From NCBI GenBank assembly GCA_018896675.1, contig JAHIMK010000018.1, positions 1 to 21,485 of the forward strand: a DNA stretch of 21,485 bases, given 5' to 3'. This DNA comes from Nanobdellota archaeon (GTDB taxonomy: Archaea; Nanobdellota; Nanobdellia; SCGC-AAA011-G17; GW2011-AR17). Position numbers and translations under genes: made by a program. Position 1 is the first letter of the stretch. Each line of letters begins with the position of its first letter. Shown here one piece after another: positions 14,762 through 20,360 of the stretch. Below the pieces are notes generated by a model. It did no database searches. It saw nothing but the letters and a program-made list of their open reading frames with translations, and was not told the DNA's origin.

Positions 14762-15670
14762 TTAACACTTTTTTATTTTAGCAACATAAAATCCTTCAGT
14801 ATCATTATCTTGAGGCCAGATTCTTAATGTCTTCTTAACCTCTGAAGAATAAGATTTGCCTTTAAACTCTTCAATAGGCTTTCCACGTTTAATGTCAAAA
14901 TCAAAATTTTCAACCTTAGCATTGTCAAATTCATTCAATATAAAGTCAACAACACCCTCATTTTCATCTGGCTCCAAAGTGCAAGTACTATAAACTAAAG
15001 TCCCACCTACTTTTAACTTGTTAAATGCTATTTTTACTAACTGTTTTTGTAAGCCACACATCTTTCTTGAAAATTCTGGATTCCAAATTTGGATAGTTTT
15101 CAAAGATTTTCTTATTGTGCCTATTCCTGAACAAGGAGCATCTACCAAAATTTTATCAAACTCTAAATTAGTATTAGCAAAGTATCTTCCTTCCATTAAT
15201 GTAATTAAAGCATTAGAAATCCCACATCTCTCCAAATTATAAACTAAAGGTTTCATTCTGTCTATTCTATTATCATTCGCAATTAACAAGCCTTGGTTTT
15301 GCATCATTGCTGCCATTTGTGAAGTTTTTGAACCAGGAGATGCACACATGTCTAAAACAAGTTCATCTTTTTGTGGATTTAAAACAATTGGCGGAATCAT
15401 TGATGCTGCACCTTGAATATAGATATATCCTAAAAAATGTTCATTTAAATTTCCTATACCATAACCTTCTAACCAAAAGCCTTCTTTGCACCATGGAACT
15501 TGTTTTAAGTTCATATCTGTAAAACGTTTTTTTATTTCTGCTATAGAAGTTTTTAATGTATTAACTCTAATAGATTTTCTTAAAGGTTTTAATGAATATT
15601 CTAAAAATGCTTCAATATCTGTTAATCCGTGGTATTGTTCAATAAATTTCTTTTTCCATTCAGGAGCCAT
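14762..15670 (-). CDS. NOL1/NOP2/Sun-family RNA cytosine-C5 methyltransferase
   Basis: SAM-binding LDMCASPGSKT, the catalytic motifs DAPCSGIGTIRK and LVYSTCTLEPDENE. I prefer the start at ATG 15670 (MAPEWKK), which is 26 nt from the TATA, so the transcript is probably leaderless. Confidence 0.85.
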   Translation of the reverse strand: MAPEWKKKFIEQYHGLTDIEAFLEYSLKPLRKSIRVNTLKTSIAEIKKRFTDMNLKQVPWCKEGFWLEGYGIGNLNEHFLGYIYIQGAASMIPPIVLNPQKDELVLDMCASPGSKTSQMAAMMQNQGLLIANDNRIDRMKPLVYNLERCGISNALITLMEGRYFANTNLEFDKILVDAPCSGIGTIRKSLKTIQIWNPEFSRKMCGLQKQLVKIAFNKLKVGGTLVYSTCTLEPDENEGVVDFILNEFDNAKVENFDFDIKRGKPIEEFKGKSYSSEVKKTLRIWPQDNDTEGFYVAKIKKC

Positions 15671-15691
15671 AATTATAATTATATAGATAAG

Positions 15692-15700
15692 TTTTATAAA
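15692..15700. promoter_or_regulatory. TATA element in a 47-nt divergent intergenic region
   Basis: ttttataaa is centred about 26 nt from ATG 15670 (minus strand) and about 22 nt from ATG 15718 (plus strand). A second AT-rich box ttatatag at 15679-15686 could serve the plus-strand gene. Confidence 0.4.
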
Positions 15701-15717
15701 GCTATTCCTCTTCAAAT

Positions 15718-16059
15718 ATGTTTATGTATCATCCAGGAAAAGTGATAGGAATTTTTAGAAGTAAAGAAAAGGACGTAAAGTCTTCAGATGAAAGTACGCA
15801 AGCTTTAATTGAGATGTGGGATGAAAATATATTTACATTATCTGTTGATCCAAAAATTGCAACTGCTTTAAAAGAAAAAGATACTGTTTTAGTTGATTAT
15901 AGTCCTTTTTCTGAAAAAATGCCAGTTGCTAAACAAATTATTTGCAAAATAATTTACAAAAAGAAAGCTAAATTAATCTGGGATGAATACAGAGATTATG
16001 CAAGGCAAAAGAAAAAGCAGGTTGCTACTAAAACTCCGATAAGAAATTATATGGGATGA
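15718..16059 (+). CDS. hypothetical protein (113 aa)
   Basis: ORF only. No family recognised. Confidence 0.45.
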   Translation: MFMYHPGKVIGIFRSKEKDVKSSDESTQALIEMWDENIFTLSVDPKIATALKEKDTVLVDYSPFSEKMPVAKQIICKIIYKKKAKLIWDEYRDYARQKKKQVATKTPIRNYMG

Positions 16060-16065
16060 TTAAAA

Positions 16066-16344
16066 ATGAGTTTAGACTTAGTAATGGACATAACCTATTA
16101 TAGTAAAGACGGTAGTTTCAAGATTTTAGGAAATGTTGAAAAAAAAGATCAATTAAATATTCTAAGTAATTTCTTAAGAACTCAAATTTGTAAAGGCTAC
16201 GAAATTAAAAAAGCTAATGAATTTGATGCATATCACATTTCTTTAAAATTCGATTCAAGTGAAGACAGATATGAAGTTAGCGACAATACTGGAAACAAAG
16301 GATTAAGAGATGGAATCTTAATGTATATTATGGCTAAGCTTTAA
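16066..16344 (+). CDS. hypothetical protein (92 aa)
   Basis: ORF only, 6 nt after the previous gene. No family recognised. Confidence 0.45.
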   Translation: MSLDLVMDITYYSKDGSFKILGNVEKKDQLNILSNFLRTQICKGYEIKKANEFDAYHISLKFDSSEDRYEVSDNTGNKGLRDGILMYIMAKL

Positions 16345-16363
16345 AATTAATTTTGAAAAAGTC

Positions 16364-16434
16364 TGCGCCGACCGGGATTCGAACCCAGGCCACAGCCTTG
16401 GCAAGGCTGAATTCTACCACTAAACTATCAGCGC
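16364..16434 (-). tRNA. tRNA-Gly (anticodon GCC), no encoded CCA
   Basis: Hand-folded from the reverse complement gcgctgatagtttagtggtagaattcagccttgccaaggctgtggcctgggttcgaatcccggtcggcgca. Anticodon stem cagcc/ggctg with loop ttGCCaa. T arm ctggg-ttcgaat-cccgg. Acceptor gcgctga/tcggcgc with one G-U. Confidence 0.9.
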
Positions 16435-16459
16435 ATACTTGAATTAAAGAAATAAACAC

Positions 16460-16467
16460 TTTATAAA
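16460..16467 (-). promoter_or_regulatory. TATA box for tRNA-Gly
   Basis: The palindromic tttataaa is centred about 29 nt upstream of tRNA position 1 (16434). Confidence 0.45.
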
Positions 16468-16475
16468 TATTATGG

Positions 16476-17039
16476 TTAAACAGTCAATCCAAAAACAATA
16501 ACTGGCAAATTAGTTGTTGGATTATATGTTCCTGTATGTCTAATGGAAACACTATAAGTTCCAGAATATGGACCTTCAAAAAGCGACTCAAGTTCTAAAT
16601 CAGCTACTTCTGAATAATCTAATTTTAAGTTTAAGAAATATTCATCAACAATATTAGTTTCATTCATGTACATGTAAATTGCTCCTTCTCTAAATTCAGG
16701 TACGCCAGTAGATTGTCCGTTAAGATAATAACTAGGCTCCATCATTTTAGCTTTTGTTCTTAACAGCCATTTTATTTGATTAGAATCAGAATCTACATCA
16801 AAGTCTCCAGCCTTAACTTCAAAAGGAGACAAATATCTTCTTGAACCTGGTCCTTCATTAGAAACAGCCTTAATATTTTCATCAACTGTATAAAATAAAG
16901 TCTTGGTTTGTGCAAGGACATTCTTGTCTTTCATTTTTTGAACCATTGGAACACCAGCTGCTAAAATAATTGTTAAGACTATTACGCCTAAAGCCATATA
17001 TAATACTGCAGAAATCCAGATTTGTCCTTTTTTTGCCAT
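16476..17039 (-). CDS. archaeal type IV pilin-like protein (class III signal peptide)
   Basis: The N-terminus MAKKGQIWISAVLYMALGVIVLTIILAAG has a basic stretch, then G|Q, then a hydrophobic helix. Confidence 0.65.
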   Translation of the reverse strand: MAKKGQIWISAVLYMALGVIVLTIILAAGVPMVQKMKDKNVLAQTKTLFYTVDENIKAVSNEGPGSRRYLSPFEVKAGDFDVDSDSNQIKWLLRTKAKMMEPSYYLNGQSTGVPEFREGAIYMYMNETNIVDEYFLNLKLDYSEVADLELESLFEGPYSGTYSVSIRHTGTYNPTTNLPVIVFGLTV

Positions 17040-17074
17040 TTTAGAATATTATAATAAAATAAAAAATAAAAAAA

Positions 17075-17578
17075 TTAGACGCATGGGTCTATTACTACGC
17101 CCAAAGCATCTCCATATTGTTCTACTGTTTGAGAGCAAGTAACTTGTTTTCCGCCTACTTCAATTATAGGGACAATTTCAACCATCTTGACATTTGCAGC
17201 TTGTCCTGCCCAAGTAACATCAAATACACCTATATCATACTTGTCAAGAACATTAGCACCTGGGTTAGAAATTGGAACAGCTTCAACAGTTGATGGACTT
17301 GTGAACATTCTTGCAGTCATATTTAACAAATCAATACTACCATCATTCTTTATTGTAACTCTTACAATATCAGGAGCAACAGAACAAGCAGCAGACATTG
17401 TGTATTGTACATCTTGTGCACATACCATCTGTAAATTAGCCTGCTCTTCAGAACCCTTTTGCATAGATTTACTAAAAGTGGTCCCCCATGTCATAATTAT
17501 CGCAGCCAGAGCAACTGTAAATCCTATAATTAGGACTGTTGCAATTAACGGCGAAATACCTTTCTTTTTAAATATCAT
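17075..17578 (-). CDS. archaeal type IV pilin-like protein (Pilin_N-type class III signal peptide)
   Basis: N-terminus MIFKKKGISPLIATVLIIGFTVALAAIIM. GGAGGT Shine-Dalgarno lies upstream, and a TATA (tttataaa on the minus strand) near 17645-17652. Confidence 0.7.
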   Translation of the reverse strand: MIFKKKGISPLIATVLIIGFTVALAAIIMTWGTTFSKSMQKGSEEQANLQMVCAQDVQYTMSAACSVAPDIVRVTIKNDGSIDLLNMTARMFTSPSTVEAVPISNPGANVLDKYDIGVFDVTWAGQAANVKMVEIVPIIEVGGKQVTCSQTVEQYGDALGVVIDPCV

Positions 17579-17675
17579 TAATCAACCTCCCCTTTTTTAA
17601 CGTAATTTTTAACGTAAATAGGTATATTAAATAAAAGTCTGATATTTTATAAACCTTTCCAAAGGGAGAAAAACA

Positions 17676-17846
17676 TTATTCTTTTTTAGAATTTTCTTTT
17701 TTATACTTCAAACGATATTTTCCCCACTTATCTTCAGGGCTATATTTCGCAGGCTTTGTAGATAAAGTTTTAGAATTACAATCAGGACATTTTTCTTTCA
17801 TAGTGAACTTGTTGCATTCCTTACAAAACAAAATATGAGGCACCAT
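17676..17846 (-). CDS. nop10: H/ACA ribonucleoprotein component Nop10 (56 aa), missed by the ORF track
   Basis: Reverse-strand translation MVPHILFCKECNKFTMKEKCPDCNSKTLSTKPAKYSPEDKWGKYRLKYKKENSKKE. It has the CxxC..CxxC zinc ribbon and the P.K(Y/F)SPEDK..KYR signature. Its ATG overlaps the aIF2-alpha stop as TAATG. Confidence 0.85.
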   Translation of the reverse strand: MVPHILFCKECNKFTMKEKCPDCNSKTLSTKPAKYSPEDKWGKYRLKYKKENSKKE

Positions 17847-18640
17847 TATTCTTTTCTCTTAAAATTAGCTTGACCTTTAGACTTTTTCATTTCTTCAACT
17901 ATAACATCAACAAGATCTTTAATATCTTTTTCAGCATCTTTATAATTTGATGCAGTTAATTCTAATGAATATCTTGGGGCACTTAAATAAGTTATTTTAA
18001 TTTCTAACTTCTTTTTCTTGGCAAAATCTTCACCTTTCTTTATTGCTGCCTTGATTCTTTCAATACCATCACTTTCATGGCTTTCTAAAGTTAATTCACC
18101 TTCAACAGAAACTTTAACTGGTTTAATTCTTTCTTTAACCAATTTAGTAATTTCTTCAGCTAAATCTTTAGGAAATTTCAATTCTTCTAAAACTTTAATG
18201 CCCTTATCAACTATTTCTGTAAAACATTCGCTGAAAGAACCATGCTCTTCAATAACTGTTTCACCAACATTTTTATATACATCTGCTAATGTTGTTTTCA
18301 AAGTCTTTGCAGCTTGCTCAATAATTTTTTCTGCCTTTTGTTCTTGTTTAAATTCATCTTCTTTTTTTAATCTTAACTGGATTGAAACTCTTCTTAATGA
18401 AAGATCAATATTGCCCCGTTCATGATTTATGGATAGAACTTTACAAACAATTTGTTTGCCTTCACGAACATAGTCTCTTATATTTCTTATCCTACCTGGA
18501 GCAATTTCAGAAATATGAATCATTCCTTCTCTATTAAAAAATTCTTCTAATTTAACAAAAACTGAATGAAATAAAACTTTTTTAACTGTACATATTACTA
18601 ATTCTCCCTCCTCAGGATAGTCTTTTCGTTTAAATACCAT
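17846..18640 (-). CDS. eif2a: translation initiation factor aIF2 alpha subunit
   Basis: N-terminal S1 domain YPEEGELVICTVKKV..GMIHISEIAPGRIRNIRDYV, followed by helical and alpha-beta domains of typical length (264 aa). Confidence 0.9.
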   Translation of the reverse strand: MVFKRKDYPEEGELVICTVKKVLFHSVFVKLEEFFNREGMIHISEIAPGRIRNIRDYVREGKQIVCKVLSINHERGNIDLSLRRVSIQLRLKKEDEFKQEQKAEKIIEQAAKTLKTTLADVYKNVGETVIEEHGSFSECFTEIVDKGIKVLEELKFPKDLAEEITKLVKERIKPVKVSVEGELTLESHESDGIERIKAAIKKGEDFAKKKKLEIKITYLSAPRYSLELTASNYKDAEKDIKDLVDVIVEEMKKSKGQANFKRKE

Positions 18641-18714
18641 TTTCTTATCTATTCAAGCTATAACTGTTATTTATATAACTTACTAAAAGTGACGTCCTCC
18701 ACGCATTAAAAAAA

Positions 18715-18897
18715 TTACTCGAGAACTTCTAGAACTCTTGCTTTAATATCACTTTTGCCACCAGTTGGAGTTGCAAGAACATTCCCACATACAAGGCATT
18801 TTATTTCAATAGCACATTTACTGAAAATGTTTTGTTCATTCTTACATTTTGTACAACGTACTTTTATGAATTTACTTTTTGGTTCTTTGATTTCCAT
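18715..18897 (-). CDS. rps27e: 30S ribosomal protein S27e
   Basis: FIKVRCTKCKNEQNIFS......CLVCGNVLATPTGGK contains the C4 zinc ribbon. Confidence 0.9.
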   Translation of the reverse strand: MEIKEPKSKFIKVRCTKCKNEQNIFSKCAIEIKCLVCGNVLATPTGGKSDIKARVLEVLE

Positions 18898-18904
18898 TTT
18901 AAAC

Positions 18905-19219
18905 TTATTCTACCTCTACTCTCTTAACTCTTGGACCAATCATTGAAATTGATTTGCCACATTCCTTACATTTCAAGGTTAAATTTAATTTTTTACTTGT
19001 TTTGGCTCCTGTCATCTTCCAAGAAGATATTGCCCCTCTAGACAAACTACCTTTATTTCCATGACCTCTGTCTAAGCCCCTTTTTCTCATTCTTGTTCTT
19101 GAACCTCTTGAAAGGGGATGAGTTTTATTCTTTCCTTTTTGCTTAGTTTGAGCTACAGTCATTACCTTATAAGTTTTACATTTTGGACAAAATTTCCTCA
19201 TGGTTTTAGGTACTTTCAT
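18905..19219 (-). CDS. rpl44e: 50S ribosomal protein L44e
   Basis: MKVPKTMRKFCPKCKTYKV and LKCKECGKS form the zinc ribbon, with a basic core between them. Confidence 0.9.
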   Translation of the reverse strand: MKVPKTMRKFCPKCKTYKVMTVAQTKQKGKNKTHPLSRGSRTRMRKRGLDRGHGNKGSLSRGAISSWKMTGAKTSKKLNLTLKCKECGKSISMIGPRVKRVEVE

Positions 19220-19221
19220 TT

Positions 19222-19860
19222 TTATTCCTTTACGGCATGGCCGTTATTCATAAGCATATCAGCAATATTTTCTGGCAACTCAACTTTGTCGCCTTGTTTA
19301 AATGGACCATATGTTTTCATGTCTGGCCCTACAAATTCAGGCATTTCACAGTTAAAACATATTAAGTTTCCTTGCTCTTCCTTACCCTCTCCTATTTTTA
19401 AATCTTTTGGTTTCTCAGCACATTTAGGACATTTAGGACATTCATGAAATAAAAGTTTATGAAGGATATTTTTTCTAAATTCTGAAAGCTTTTTTTCTAT
19501 TGTTTTAAATAAATTTATTTCTTCTTGTAGCATAAAGTTAAAATCAGGTTGCTTTTCAGAGTTTCTTGAATGAAACAAAGCCATTTGAATTATTTTAGCT
19601 TCTCTTCGTTCATATAAATCCTTTAGAATTTTTTTTGCATTAACTATTTGGACTCTTGTTTTTTCTGATTCAGACGATGAAAATACACTTTCTTTATTTT
19701 CTTGGGATTTAAGGATTGTTTGTTTTTCATTCAGATATTTAACTACATCTATAAAAAAATTATTGTCCAATTTTTGTAGTTCTGCCCTATAACGTTCTCT
19801 TCTTGTCAAATCAAACAAAGTATCATAAGTCACAACAATCTCTTTTTCATCCATAATCAA
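19222..19860 (-). CDS. GINS complex subunit (Gins51-like) with an internal four-Cys cluster
   Basis: A-domain pattern YDTLFDLTRRERYRAELQKLDNNFFIDVVKYL and NAKKILKDLYERREAKIIQMAL. B-domain-like end PEFVGPDMKTYGPFKQGDKVELPENIADMLMNNGHA. Linker CPKCPKC...CFNC. Confidence 0.55.
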   Translation of the reverse strand: MIMDEKEIVVTYDTLFDLTRRERYRAELQKLDNNFFIDVVKYLNEKQTILKSQENKESVFSSSESEKTRVQIVNAKKILKDLYERREAKIIQMALFHSRNSEKQPDFNFMLQEEINLFKTIEKKLSEFRKNILHKLLFHECPKCPKCAEKPKDLKIGEGKEEQGNLICFNCEMPEFVGPDMKTYGPFKQGDKVELPENIADMLMNNGHAVKE

Positions 19861-19975
19861 TTGGTAAACTTATTTGTTTTAAATGCTTTGCGTTATTGTT
19901 TCAAAAAAAATTATGAAACGAAATATTTATAAGTTAATCATTACTTACAAGTAACTAACTATTTGGAGGCAAAAT

Positions 19976-20230
19976 ATGGCAAATATAGATTTAACAAACA
20001 TCTTAAATTCAAAAGCAAAAACTGCTGAAGAAAGGCTTGAAGAATTACAAGGTTTAGGATTTAGGGCTAGAATAAGAGTCCATGGAGAAGAAACTTTTAC
20101 ATTCCCAAGAGAAGATTGGAGAATAGAAAGAAAGTTTGAAGATGGTATAGAAGCTGTTGACTCTCATAAGCAAACAGCAATATTATATTGTCAAGATAGA
20201 AATATGTCTTTTCAATATTTTTTAGATTAG
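19976..20230 (+). CDS. hypothetical protein (84 aa)
   Basis: ORF with GGAGG 6 nt before the ATG and oligo-T after the stop. The palindrome ttacttacaagtaa lies in the leader. No family recognised. Confidence 0.45.
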   Translation: MANIDLTNILNSKAKTAEERLEELQGLGFRARIRVHGEETFTFPREDWRIERKFEDGIEAVDSHKQTAILYCQDRNMSFQYFLD

Positions 20231-20260
20231 TTTTTTATTCCTTGATGGGATAAGAATACC

Positions 20261-20276
20261 CCGCAGCTTGCTGCGG
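20261..20276 (+). repeat. GC-rich perfect hairpin (ccgcag-cttg-ctgcgg), candidate IS200/IS605-family left-end subterminal hairpin
   Basis: A 6-bp perfect stem with a 4-nt loop in an AT-rich spacer, 85 nt upstream of the tnpB start. It lies downstream of the oligo-T that already follows the preceding gene. Confidence 0.4.
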
Positions 20277-20360
20277 AATTATTTAACCACTTGCCACTTG
20301 ACAAAGATGCGAATAAGGTTTATAAATTCCTTTCAGTTTTTTGTGAATAGGTGATTTGAT

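Noticed and set aside
15018-15686. Plus-strand ORFs 15018-15242, 15307-15522 and 15486-15686.
   Set aside because: All are antisense to the NOL1/NOP2/Sun methyltransferase gene.
15718-16344. The two small tandem genes (113 aa and 92 aa, 6-nt gap) were considered as a toxin-antitoxin pair.
   Set aside because: Only size and adjacency fit. I see no recognisable toxin fold motif (PIN, RelE, HEPN, MNT and others) and no DNA-binding antitoxin motif. They are kept as hypothetical proteins.
17187-17600. 137-aa plus-strand ORF.
   Set aside because: It is antisense to the pilin gene, which has a diagnostic class III signal peptide.
18018-19447. Plus-strand ORFs 18018-18425, 18755-18946 and 19118-19447.
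   Set aside because: They are antisense to the aIF2-alpha, S27e, L44e and GINS genes, all confidently identified.
20261-20276. The GC-rich hairpin considered as an intrinsic terminator for the 84-aa gene.
   Set aside because: An oligo-T tract (20231-20237) already follows the stop. The hairpin has no trailing T-run, and archaeal termination does not need hairpins. An IS-end or other structural role is more likely, though it is unproven.
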